From the IMG/VR virus record IMGVR_UViG_2909303794_000005: a stretch of 37,179 bases of DNA, one strand, 5' to 3'. This DNA is from a virus (lineage: Duplodnaviria > Heunggongvirae > Uroviricota > Caudoviricetes). Below are positions 1-8,548 of this stretch, piece after piece. The number at the start of each line of letters is the position of its first letter. The first letter of the stretch is position 1. The notes under the pieces are model-generated. The model did no database searches and had not been told where the DNA came from. It was given only the letters and a program-made list of their open reading frames with translations. Position numbers and translations under genes: made by a program.

Positions 1-273
1 ATGAACATCGGTAAAGCAATCATCAACTACGCAGCACGTCGCAACATGGACATTACCTTGATTGGCGATGAGGCCGTGGCGTTCTGGGAAGCGGATAACG
101 ATTGTGAATGGATGTTCTCCTACATGATTGGTAATGATGGTTTCCTCCACTTTAAAGGCAATGTGTATCTGCCGCAGGAGATTAAAGAAGAATTACCGGC
201 GTGCATCGATACAGACAAGAAGCTGAAAGAAGTAATCAACTTTATCGCTAAAGAGTTTATCAGCAAGAAGTAA
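1..273 (+). CDS. hypothetical protein, possibly 5'-truncated at window edge
   Basis: ORF begins at base 1; 90 aa, no recognisable motif. Confidence 0.35.
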   Translation: MNIGKAIINYAARRNMDITLIGDEAVAFWEADNDCEWMFSYMIGNDGFLHFKGNVYLPQEIKEELPACIDTDKKLKEVINFIAKEFISKK

Positions 274-285
274 GGCAGCAAAACA

Positions 286-672
286 ATGTTCAATATCATG
301 ATTCGTAAATTTGGTGAGATGACTTTCGAGAAAGCTGGTGTTGCGCGTACAGAAGAAGAAGCAATGGCCTTAGTTCTGGTAGCACTGAGATCATCACCTG
401 AGATTATCGACGCTGAATATGTTGCGGCTGAGGGTGAGATTAAAGAGATTAAAGCGGTGGCTAAGGAATTAGGTGTTAAAGGTTTCCGTAAGCTGAAACT
501 ATCCCGCGAGTCATATGTAATTGGTAAGCAAGGACAATACCTAGATGAGAATACCGTGATTATTCTACTGAATAAGATCACCCGCTATGGTTTCCAGATT
601 GAGCAATATAAAACGTGTTTCGAATTATACGAAAAAGGTTTGCTGGATACTCTGACCATCGTTCGCGCTTAA
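286..672 (+). CDS. hypothetical protein
   Basis: ATG at 286 with weak AAGG upstream; 128 aa, no recognisable domain. Confidence 0.4.
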   Translation: MFNIMIRKFGEMTFEKAGVARTEEEAMALVLVALRSSPEIIDAEYVAAEGEIKEIKAVAKELGVKGFRKLKLSRESYVIGKQGQYLDENTVIILLNKITRYGFQIEQYKTCFELYEKGLLDTLTIVRA

Positions 673-812
673 TTAATTTCTAATTTGGTGGGTGTAATTC
701 CCACCGCTTTTTAAATGGAGAATCAAACATGTTAGCTTTTATCTCATTCGTGGGAGGTAGTCTCACAACTATGATTAGTCTTTCTTATATTGTCGTTAGT
801 ATGGGGTGAGCA

Positions 813-938
813 ATGAAACAATTTCATGATGGCATTTCATCTAAGACATTCAAGAAAGAATATAGCGGATTGTGTATTAACTGGATTGATTTGATTGGTG
901 CGGTTGTGTTTGGTCTGGTAATTAGCATCAATTTTTAA
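813..938 (+). CDS. candidate small hydrophobic peptide (41 aa)
   Basis: ATG 813 after GGGGTGAG; translation MKQFHDGISSKTFKKEYSGLCINWIDLIGAVVFGLVISINF with hydrophobic C-terminus. Below ORF-track cutoff, speculative. Confidence 0.2.
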   Translation: MKQFHDGISSKTFKKEYSGLCINWIDLIGAVVFGLVISINF

Positions 939-983
939 CGATATAAATATATCGTAATTCAAATAACAAGAGGAAATTCTACT

Positions 984-1229
984 ATGAAAAAGATTATCGC
1001 GGGTATCGTTCTTGCTCTGGGTTTGGTTGGTGCTGCAAATGCCGAACAATATGTACAGGGTGATAGTGTCAAGCGTGCTGCCGTTGCACCTTCTTTAAAT
1101 CAACTGTGTACTGAATTAGCACAGATTGCCGGAGTTGGTGACGATGACGACTTTATTACTGCGTGTGTATGGAGTCATATCGAGGATATTAATAAACGTG
1201 ATGCAAAACTAACTGGAAAGAAATATTAA
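984..1229 (+). CDS. small secreted/periplasmic protein with Sec signal peptide
   Basis: RBS AGAGGA upstream of ATG; N-terminus MKKIIAGIVLALGLVGAANA then EQ (AxA signal peptidase I site, no lipobox); two Cys in the roughly 61 aa mature part. Confidence 0.6.
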   Translation: MKKIIAGIVLALGLVGAANAEQYVQGDSVKRAAVAPSLNQLCTELAQIAGVGDDDDFITACVWSHIEDINKRDAKLTGKKY

Positions 1230-1245
1230 TGACTTACTAACCAAT

Positions 1246-1279
1246 GCCCCTATCGTTATAATACGCGGTAGGGGCTTTT
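1246..1279 (+). terminator. rho-independent terminator
   Basis: GCCCCTA / TAGGGGC stem followed by TTTTTGTTTT directly after the 984-1229 stop. Confidence 0.6.
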
Positions 1280-1294
1280 TGTTTTGGAAATGGT

Positions 1295-2974
1295 ATGAAA
1301 ACTAAACTGTATTCGTATATTCGCTTCTCGTCTATGCGTCAGAGTGATGGTTCGAGTTATGAACGACAAATCAGGATGGCGAGAGAGATTGCGGCAAAGT
1401 ATGACCTTGAACTGGTAAATGATTATCAGGATCTGGGTGTATCTGCGTTTAAGGGTGCTAACTCCAAAACAGGGGCGCTATCTCGTTTCCTTGATGCAAT
1501 TGGTAGATCCGTTCCTGTTGGTAGCTGGCTATTCATCGAGAACTTGGACCGTTTATCCCGTGCCGATATTGTCAGTGCGCAGGAGTTATTCCTTTCAATA
1601 ATCCGTAGGGGGATAACCATTGTTACTGGCATGGATAACAAGATCTACTCGCTGGATACTGTTACCGCTAATCCGATGGACCTGATGTTCTCCATCCTTT
1701 TATTCATCCGTGGTAATGAGGAAAGCCAGACTAAGCGCAATCGTACTAACTCAAGCGCATTGATTAAGATTAAAGCTCATCAAGAAAATCCACAAAATCC
1801 GGCAGTGGCTATCGAGGAAGTTGGAAAGAATATGTGGTGGACTGATACCACTTCCGGTTATGTGCTGCCTCATCCGGTGTACTTCCCTGTTGTTCAGGAG
1901 ATTGTGGAATTACGGAAGAATGGACGTTCAACCGCCGAAATACTGGATCACCTTAACGAGACATATGCACCACCACCAGCGGTTAGTAATAAGAAGCATT
2001 CAAAATGGTCACGGGCAATGGTTGAAAGGTTGTTTCATACCCGCGCTTTGATTGGTATCAAGGAAATATCTGTAGATGGCGTTAACTATGAGTTAAAGGA
2101 TTATTACCCTCGTGTTATTGATGACCCTACGTTCTATCACCTTAAGAAAAATATTGGTGCTAGAGCATGGAACTTTGGAGACAAGGAAGAAGTTAAACCG
2201 ATCCCCCTGCTTAGTGGTATTGGCCTATTGAAATGTGATCATTGCGGTTGCGCTATGGTTAAAGTGAAGGGAACGAACAAACGTTCTGACCAGTATCGTT
2301 ATACATGTGATGCGACCCGTTCACGTAGACTTGATTGCGAGCATCCAAACTGGAGTTTTCGAGGTGATCAATTAGAGAAAGCTGTATTGCAATTGCTGGC
2401 TGATAAAATCTGGATTGCTGAGGACAAGGCTAATCCGGTTCCGGCGTTGAAAGTACAGGTTGATGAAATATCACGCAAGATTGATAACCTGATTGCCCTT
2501 TCTGCTATGACAGGAGCAACGAAGGAGCTAGCCGATCAGATTACTACCCTCAATAGCGAGCGTGAAACACTCTACAATCAGATCAAGATGGCAGAAGAGG
2601 AAATGTATTCTGTTGACTCTCAAGGCTGGGAGAAGCTCGCAGAATTTGATTTAGAAGATGTTTACAACGAGGAACGACTAAAGGTCCGGTTTAAGATTAA
2701 GCAAGCTCTAAAGCGGATCGGGTGTAGCAGGATTGACAGAAACAAAAACTTGTTTGTACTGGAATACATCGATGGAAAGACCCAGAGAGTTGTAATAGAA
2801 AATTCAAGAGGAACGAGGAAAGGACAAATCTTTGTCGATTTGAAGACCATCAATGATAGGCAGATTCTGGAGAGTAACGGGCTTGTTCTGCATCCATGTT
2901 TAGACATGCTGACAGATAAAGACTGGAAACCAGAAGAGGAAATACCAGGTCCATTACAGGAATTTGGAATTTAA
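1295..2974 (+). CDS. large serine recombinase (serine integrase/resolvase superfamily)
   Basis: N-terminal resolvase catalytic motif YIRFSSMRQ...RQ, Cys-rich zinc-ribbon segment CDHCGC...C...C, C-terminal coiled-coil; 559 aa is typical of large serine recombinases. Confidence 0.85.
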   Translation: MKTKLYSYIRFSSMRQSDGSSYERQIRMAREIAAKYDLELVNDYQDLGVSAFKGANSKTGALSRFLDAIGRSVPVGSWLFIENLDRLSRADIVSAQELFLSIIRRGITIVTGMDNKIYSLDTVTANPMDLMFSILLFIRGNEESQTKRNRTNSSALIKIKAHQENPQNPAVAIEEVGKNMWWTDTTSGYVLPHPVYFPVVQEIVELRKNGRSTAEILDHLNETYAPPPAVSNKKHSKWSRAMVERLFHTRALIGIKEISVDGVNYELKDYYPRVIDDPTFYHLKKNIGARAWNFGDKEEVKPIPLLSGIGLLKCDHCGCAMVKVKGTNKRSDQYRYTCDATRSRRLDCEHPNWSFRGDQLEKAVLQLLADKIWIAEDKANPVPALKVQVDEISRKIDNLIALSAMTGATKELADQITTLNSERETLYNQIKMAEEEMYSVDSQGWEKLAEFDLEDVYNEERLKVRFKIKQALKRIGCSRIDRNKNLFVLEYIDGKTQRVVIENSRGTRKGQIFVDLKTINDRQILESNGLVLHPCLDMLTDKDWKPEEEIPGPLQEFGI

Positions 2975-3010
2975 GCGGCCTAAATCGACGTATAACGAGC
3001 TAAACGCTTT

Positions 3011-3040
3011 AAGGGGTACATTCGTACCCCTTTTTAATTT
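3011..3040. terminator. bidirectional rho-independent terminator between convergent genes
   Basis: AGGGGTAC / GTACCCCT stem, loop ATTC, flanked by T-runs on both strands. Confidence 0.6.
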
Positions 3041-3047
3041 AATTGCG

Positions 3048-4223
3048 TTAGGCAGCGTCTAAGAGAGTATTAAAGTATTCATCCATTAAATCAGGACTGT
3101 CGTCATCAATACAGAAAAATTCTGGTTTATTGATGCCGTAGAAGTGAGTATGTAGCTTGAATGTATCCTCATCAAATACATCTTTCGGAGATACCCACAT
3201 ATTAGCCTCGTCCGGTTGATTGGTTAGGTAGTCATAAACCAGTTGTTGTAAGTGTGGTAACTCATCAATAGTCAGAGTTTCCGACCATCCATCCTTGAAA
3301 TCTTTGTAGGGTGCGGCGTGAGTCTTGAAGCGTTGTTTTACTTCATGCTCTAAATCGGCAGCTTTCCAACCATCCTCAAACTCATGAGTAAAGATTAAGC
3401 GGTGAGTGAAGTTGCTCTTTCTGGTTTGTTCTCTCATTCGTTCTTCTGGTTTTCGGGTAGTGATTCCAAATTTAATAAATTTGTCATCTAATAATTGAAT
3501 GTAGAAACTAGCCTTACCCTGATAAGTCCGGTTAGACAGTTGCACCAGTTGGTCTTTAATGCAAAGCGGACAAGTGAAAGAATCAGCACATCTTAAATGA
3601 GATTCCCATTCGTGGTTATGTGACTTGCAATAGGTTTTAAATTTAACATCCTTTAGGTGTGGGGTGTTTATGATGAATCCTTTGAAGATGTAAGGTGTAG
3701 TCTCGCAACGTGCATTGATGAGTGTCTCTTTGTCCTTAATAACTTCATCAAAAGTCTTGCCACTTCTTACCCGTTGGGATTTTTCAGCCATACAGATTTT
3801 ACAATCAAAATCAAAATCATCCTTGAGAGCATGTAATAGAGATGGCGTCATGATTTGATTGTGTATAGGACACAAAACACGGGCTTTTGTCTTGTTGCGC
3901 CCTTTCCATTCTCCTTGCCATCCTAGAAACTTCTTTCCCTTCTCATTACAACGAGATTCCATTTTCAACCATACAGCCTTTTCAGTCTGGAATAACTCAC
4001 CCCCGTTAGTATCTTCCAGTTTGCGTAATTTGTAGTCCTTATATTCTTGTGTGTCTAAATTGTATAACCGGAAGTAAGTATGATTACCTTTCCACGGTAG
4101 GATAAATCCACCAAATACAAAAGTAGGTTCCAGTTTAGTGATGATTCGTTGTTGGTACTCTTCCGGCGATAAACCGCGAGTTTTCTTAACAAAAGGAATT
4201 TCGGCAGCGTAAGCAAGTTTCAT
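3048..4223 (-). CDS. T5orf172/GIY-YIG-like domain protein with Cys-rich zinc-ribbon-like region
   Basis: Start chosen at internal ATG (MKLAYAAEIPF) with RBS GAGGA 7 nt upstream, not the upstream ATG of the 428 aa ORF. Motif FYIQLLDDKFIKFGITTRKPEERMREQ...DGWSETL matches the T5orf172 pattern from memory; CxxC pairs in the N-terminal half. Confidence 0.45.
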   Translation of the reverse strand: MKLAYAAEIPFVKKTRGLSPEEYQQRIITKLEPTFVFGGFILPWKGNHTYFRLYNLDTQEYKDYKLRKLEDTNGGELFQTEKAVWLKMESRCNEKGKKFLGWQGEWKGRNKTKARVLCPIHNQIMTPSLLHALKDDFDFDCKICMAEKSQRVRSGKTFDEVIKDKETLINARCETTPYIFKGFIINTPHLKDVKFKTYCKSHNHEWESHLRCADSFTCPLCIKDQLVQLSNRTYQGKASFYIQLLDDKFIKFGITTRKPEERMREQTRKSNFTHRLIFTHEFEDGWKAADLEHEVKQRFKTHAAPYKDFKDGWSETLTIDELPHLQQLVYDYLTNQPDEANMWVSPKDVFDEDTFKLHTHFYGINKPEFFCIDDDSPDLMDEYFNTLLDAA

Positions 4224-4378
4224 AGTAGTTTCCTCTAAAATAATAAGCTCACTACTATTTATTAGAGAAAATTGTCTTACTATTGCATTCTCTATCTGAA
4301 TGTGTATAATACGCGACCCTAAATCCCAAACCAACCATATTGAGGTTATGCCTATAAGTTAAAAAAAGTGAGGTCTAT

Positions 4379-4948
4379 ATGATTCCAGTAATGGCTAAAG
4401 ATATTGTTTTTACTCCTAAATCCTCCCGTGCTGTAACTCCATCGGCATTAGAACAACGCATTCTGACTCACATCAAAGATAAGGACTTACCATTAGTCTT
4501 TCATGGCTTTCTGGGTGAGTTTAAAGGGCTTCATTCAAGAATTGCTCTAACATGTACCCGATGCGGTAATAGAGCCGACAAATCAGCTACTAACCTGCTT
4601 AATGAAGGTAAACGATGTGTTTGCTTCAATAGTGACTACTTTCAATATAAAGCGGGTGTGCCTTATCTCTATGTAATGAAGTCTGGGGATATTGGTAAAT
4701 TTGGTGTTACAAAGTCAATCATCAAGCGACGTGTTAATCTGGGTGTACGCAATCCCGGTCATAACTTTGATATTGTCTTTGCTGGTGAAATGCCATCAAT
4801 GAAACATGCACTAGCCACTGAAAGAGCAATAAAGAGATTACTGGATGTGGGTATAGGCGGGATTGAATACGGCAAAACTGAAACATTCCACTACTGCAAT
4901 AAATCACTAAACAATATAAAGAATATTGCAAGTGTGGAGTGGAACTAA
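4379..4948 (+). CDS. T5orf172/GIY-YIG-like domain protein with zinc-ribbon-like N-terminus
   Basis: RBS GTGAGG before ATG 4379; CTRCGN...CVC cysteine cluster, then YLYVMKSGDIGKFGVTKS...RR...GKTETF resembling the T5orf172 domain. Confidence 0.45.
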   Translation: MIPVMAKDIVFTPKSSRAVTPSALEQRILTHIKDKDLPLVFHGFLGEFKGLHSRIALTCTRCGNRADKSATNLLNEGKRCVCFNSDYFQYKAGVPYLYVMKSGDIGKFGVTKSIIKRRVNLGVRNPGHNFDIVFAGEMPSMKHALATERAIKRLLDVGIGGIEYGKTETFHYCNKSLNNIKNIASVEWN

Positions 4949-6438
4949 TGCAAGATATTAAAATTCATTTTCAAGATTACAGTTTCGTTAAGGTTGATTG
5001 CTCTCCTTCTATCGGAATGGAATTAAGAGATTATTTCTCTTTTGAGGTTGAAGGGGCTAGGTTTAGCCCCCGATACAAGTATTCAGGCTGGGATGGACGA
5101 ATAAGACTGTTTACGCATGAAAATACCCTACCAATTGGACTATTAAAAACATTGGGTGTCTTCGTTAAAAATATGGGGTATTCAGTCTGGATTGACCCGC
5201 GATTGCTTGAGAAGGAAGATGTAACCAAAGAACAGATTGATTCATGGATTGACTCTTTAGAAGTGTATTCCGGTTCCAATAAAATCAATCCTTACTGGTA
5301 TCAGCGTGAGGCAGTCTTTCAGGGTATTCATAATCGCCGTAGAATGCTGGTTCTTCCTACCAGTGCGGGTAAGTCATTGATTGCTTGTATGCTGTCTCGT
5401 TGGTACTTAGAGCATTACACCGGAAAGGTGTTAATCATTGTCCCGACTACATCGCTAGTGGTTCAAATGAGGGATGATTTCATCGATTATCGGTTATTCC
5501 CTTATGAAGCAATCCATACAATGATGAGTGGTAGCGGGAAACATCCGGGAGACAGGTTAATCACGGTTAGTACCTGGCAATCAGCTTGCAAGATGCCCCC
5601 TGAATGGTTCAAACAATATGGAATGTTGATAGTTGATGAATCGCATAAGGCTAGTGCCAAAAATATTACCAATATCATCAATGGAATGAATCATTGCCAG
5701 TTTAAAATCGGCATGACTGGTTCCCCGAAAGAATCAAAATGCCATCTTTTACAGTATGTCGGGCTTTTCGGTGATATTTCTAAGATCGTGAGTATTGACC
5801 GCCTGATGGAAGAAGGCCAGGTGACAAAACTGAAAATTAACTGTCTTTTCCTTCGTTATACCGATGAGGAATGTAGCGCGGTTAAGGGTAGAGAATATGC
5901 GGAAGAGATCAAGTATATTACGTCTAACCCACGACGTAATAAGTTTGCTTGTAATTTGGCGCTAAAACTCGCTAAGAAGGGCGAAAACGTATTCCTTATG
6001 TTCCGCAATACTAAGCACGGAAAACTTATGTATGATGCGTTACAGAAGGTACACGACAAGGTTTATTATATTGACGGTGGAGTTAAGACAGAAGAACGTG
6101 ATGAATTTAAGAAAATGGCGGAGGGTGACACCGGGATCATTTGTGTTGCGTCTTATGGTGTGTTCTCTACTGGTGTTTCAATTAAGAATTTGCACCATGT
6201 TATTTTCGGTCATCCAGTGAAGGAATCAACTATCGTTCGTCAGAGTATCGGTCGTGCATTGCGTAAACATGGTTCTAAGGATATTGCAACGGTCTGGGAT
6301 CTTATCGATCATTTGTGTATATTTGGTCGTAACGGAAAAATCAAGCATAAAAATTATGCGGTAAAACATGCACTTGAGAGAATCCGCTATTATCTGACCG
6401 ACAAGTTCAGCTATGCAACTAAAACAATTGCTATATAA
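4948..6438 (+). CDS. uvsW: UvsW-like SF2 DNA helicase
   Basis: ATG 4948 overlaps the upstream stop (TAATG) with GGAG 7 nt upstream. N-terminus MQDIKIHFQDYSFVKVDC and later blocks (LPTSAGKS Walker A, DESH, VASYGVFSTGVSIKNLHH, GRALRKHGSKDIATVWDLID) closely resemble T4 UvsW as recalled. The ORF track's upstream GTG at 4939 is less likely. Confidence 0.85.
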   Translation: MQDIKIHFQDYSFVKVDCSPSIGMELRDYFSFEVEGARFSPRYKYSGWDGRIRLFTHENTLPIGLLKTLGVFVKNMGYSVWIDPRLLEKEDVTKEQIDSWIDSLEVYSGSNKINPYWYQREAVFQGIHNRRRMLVLPTSAGKSLIACMLSRWYLEHYTGKVLIIVPTTSLVVQMRDDFIDYRLFPYEAIHTMMSGSGKHPGDRLITVSTWQSACKMPPEWFKQYGMLIVDESHKASAKNITNIINGMNHCQFKIGMTGSPKESKCHLLQYVGLFGDISKIVSIDRLMEEGQVTKLKINCLFLRYTDEECSAVKGREYAEEIKYITSNPRRNKFACNLALKLAKKGENVFLMFRNTKHGKLMYDALQKVHDKVYYIDGGVKTEERDEFKKMAEGDTGIICVASYGVFSTGVSIKNLHHVIFGHPVKESTIVRQSIGRALRKHGSKDIATVWDLIDHLCIFGRNGKIKHKNYAVKHALERIRYYLTDKFSYATKTIAI

Positions 6439-6440
6439 CA

Positions 6441-6472
6441 AAAAAGCGCCCACTAGAGGCGCTTTAATTTTA
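6441..6472. terminator. bidirectional terminator between convergent helicase and lysis-region genes
   Basis: AGCGCC / GGCGCT stem flanked by an A-run upstream and TTAATTTTA downstream. Confidence 0.5.
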
Positions 6473-6823
6473 TCCATTCCATCGTGATTTTTTCGATCTG
6501 GAATCGATATGCGTAAATGTTTTATATTTTCCTAAGCCGTATTGGGTAGGATATTTCCCATCAAGATAAGCATGAACAATATCAGGTGAGACACCCTTGA
6601 TAACAATGTCAGCCGCACGGCCTCGAACATGATAGCTATTGGCTGCCCCGCCTACATTCTTGTTATGAGTCGGACAACGGTTCCCACTGTTAATAATTAC
6701 TGGTTTCCCGAAGTGTTCGCGTACATCCTCAAGAATTACCAGTAATTCAGCGTCGATTGTATCATAATCACATTTTCCACATTTACATTTAAATTCCTTG
6801 CGAGAAAAATGTTTGCTTAACAT
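6470..6823 (-). CDS. peptidase M15 family cell-wall hydrolase (putative endolysin)
   Basis: RBS AAGGGGG upstream; FSRKEFKCKCGKC...IINSGNRCPTHNKNVGG...SYHVRGRAADI...THID matches the M15 zinc-peptidase signature (His/Asp/His ligands). Confidence 0.7.
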   Translation of the reverse strand: MLSKHFSRKEFKCKCGKCDYDTIDAELLVILEDVREHFGKPVIINSGNRCPTHNKNVGGAANSYHVRGRAADIVIKGVSPDIVHAYLDGKYPTQYGLGKYKTFTHIDSRSKKSRWNG

Positions 6824-6832
6824 ATTACCCCC

Positions 6833-7180
6833 TTAGATCATTTCGAAGATATAACCAATAAAGCGCATACCCTTGATATAATAAGGAGCAGTGCCTACAC
6901 ACACCGCGCGTGCATCGCCCAGACAGTTAAAGCTATAAGGATTAACCACATCAACTTCTTGCCCTACACGAAAACGATACTTAGGACGTTTAGCCAATGT
7001 AGCGACACAAAACACGGTCCCTTTTTCATGATCGCGGATACATTCTTTATATTGTTTATGTTTAACTCTCTTCGCCTCAAAATCATAGGTCATTGATTCA
7101 GGGCTAATGCCATTAATAAAAATACCGGAAAGCTGATCGACCGGATAAGTAGGAAATTCAGTAAAAATATTTTTAGCCAT
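6833..7180 (-). CDS. hypothetical protein
   Basis: RBS GGGGGT upstream of ATG; 115 aa, tightly spaced with the M15 gene (operon-like). Confidence 0.45.
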   Translation of the reverse strand: MAKNIFTEFPTYPVDQLSGIFINGISPESMTYDFEAKRVKHKQYKECIRDHEKGTVFCVATLAKRPKYRFRVGQEVDVVNPYSFNCLGDARAVCVGTAPYYIKGMRFIGYIFEMI

Positions 7181-7218
7181 GTTATACCCCCATAAGATTC
7201 TATGAGGGTATTTATTGA

Positions 7219-7902
7219 TTAAACGTATTTCATGCGCGATTTAATGTGCTTATTGATGTTTTCAAGCATCATTGCTTCGTTGCTTTCCCACGATCCTAGC
7301 GTCGAATAACGAGTAGAAATTTTATCCGATTTAACGGCAACGATTCGCTTACTCTGTTTCTGTATGCGTTTCTCTAAGCGACGTTTTGCCACCGCCGATC
7401 CATTCCTAGCGCGTTTGGTTCGGGATTTCTTAGGCTTGTACTTCTTCATGATAAAAGTCCCTTCCTGGTTCTCTACCTTGATGAAGTTGCCATTTTCGAT
7501 GTTACGCATCATCTTACCGCCTTTGATGGCCTTAATGTTCCCGTGGGCGTCTAAGACCTTACCGTTGGCGATTGGCACTAGCTTATTGATTTTGCCACCA
7601 TCGAAATAGTGTTTCAGATAGTCATCCTGACTGCCGATCTTCTTGTCCTTATCCCTTGCGCCCTTGATGAAGATTTGGTGTCTCGTCCCTGATCGGTTCT
7701 TGTAGTTGGTATTACCTACAGCTTGCTGAGTCCAGCGAGTAGGTCTATCAACATTCTTGTTAATCTTCTTCTGTAGTGCACGAGCAGCAAAGATCGCCCC
7801 TTCCCCTATCGCCCTTTCGAATGTATCGGTTGCCTTTTCAGACCATTGCCGTAACGCTTTCTTAGTCCTTAGAGCGTTTCGTTTATTGGTACTGGTTGCC
7901 AT
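7219..7902 (-). CDS. basic Lys/Arg-rich hypothetical protein
   Basis: RBS AGGGGG upstream; 227 aa with many K/R clusters (KKYKPKKSRTKRARN); function unknown. Confidence 0.45.
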   Translation of the reverse strand: MATSTNKRNALRTKKALRQWSEKATDTFERAIGEGAIFAARALQKKINKNVDRPTRWTQQAVGNTNYKNRSGTRHQIFIKGARDKDKKIGSQDDYLKHYFDGGKINKLVPIANGKVLDAHGNIKAIKGGKMMRNIENGNFIKVENQEGTFIMKKYKPKKSRTKRARNGSAVAKRRLEKRIQKQSKRIVAVKSDKISTRYSTLGSWESNEAMMLENINKHIKSRMKYV

Positions 7903-7903
7903 G

Positions 7904-8074
7904 TTAGCCCCCTAATAACGAAAAGACCCCCGCCAGTGTCCTTAGCAATTGTTCATCCACGGTCATAGCCGGGAGTTCAAGCCCAAAGGACGTTAGCAGA
8001 GGTCTAATAGCTACGTTATAAGTGAGGGCGACAATCAAGAGATAACCAAAATATTTCTTAAGTTTATTCTTCAT
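7904..8074 (-). CDS. candidate small membrane protein (56 aa)
   Basis: Not in ORF track (under 60 aa). Strong RBS AGGGGTGA before ATG; MKNKLKKYFGYLLIVALTYNVAI... has a hydrophobic segment; stop lies next to the start of the downstream gene. Confidence 0.35.
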   Translation of the reverse strand: MKNKLKKYFGYLLIVALTYNVAIRPLLTSFGLELPAMTVDEQLLRTLAGVFSLLGG

Positions 8075-8092
8075 ATATTCACCCCTTTATTA

Positions 8093-8371
8093 TTATTTTT
8101 GTTTGAGTATGTCGAGAACTTGGTCAAATTTGGCGTCCATCGCAACCACTTTCTTCTCTATACCGTGTAGTGTTTGTTCCATTTGGTAAACACGTTCAGC
8201 AATCTGAGTATGGTTGTTCTGCATCGTCTCAAACTTCTGGTTTAACAATGCGTCGCTGGATTCCAATTTCGACAATCTATTTTCAGTTGCTAATTGATTT
8301 CGGTGAAGTCTCCAAAGACCACCGCAAATTAAGGCGATAACACCGATACCGCCATATATAATTTCAGTCAT
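8093..8371 (-). CDS. membrane-anchored coiled-coil protein (lysis-associated candidate, i-spanin- or holin-like)
   Basis: RBS GGGGGCG upstream; N-terminal hydrophobic helix GGIGVIALICGGLW followed by heptad-like coiled-coil sequence. Confidence 0.45.
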   Translation of the reverse strand: MTEIIYGGIGVIALICGGLWRLHRNQLATENRLSKLESSDALLNQKFETMQNNHTQIAERVYQMEQTLHGIEKKVVAMDAKFDQVLDILKQK

Positions 8372-8422
8372 TACGCCCCCGATATTTTTATAATTTCATG
8401 GCAGAATTATTTAGATAAAAAT

Positions 8423-8456
8423 AATCCCGCCTAACTCAAAAGAATTACGCGGGATT
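8423..8456 (-). terminator. rho-independent terminator downstream of the native tail-tip gene stop
   Basis: AATCCCGC / GCGGGATT stem followed on the minus strand by ATTTTTATCT; lies just below the reconstructed native stop at 8476-8478. Confidence 0.45.
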
Positions 8457-8524
8457 AATTATTAAAATTAAATTTTTAAGAAACAGTAATACCCGTAGTG
8501 GCTTTTTTAGTTACCATTACAGTT

Positions 8525-8533
8525 AAATCACTG
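8525..8533. repeat. IS1 target-site duplication, left copy (AAATCACTG)
   Basis: Identical 9-mer directly abuts both IS1 termini. Confidence 0.9.
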
Positions 8534-8548
8534 GGTAATGACTCCAAC

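Noticed and set aside
3048-4334. Longest-ORF starts for 3048-4334, 13029-13604, 13495-14202 and 23498-23968
   Set aside because: In each case an internal ATG has a much better Shine-Dalgarno sequence and avoids long overlaps with the upstream gene; the extended N-termini are likely not translated.
4939-4950. GTG start at 4939 for the helicase as given in the ORF track
   Set aside because: ATG at 4948 overlaps the upstream stop (TAATG), has a correctly spaced GGAG and matches the UvsW N-terminus; the GTG would add three residues without support.
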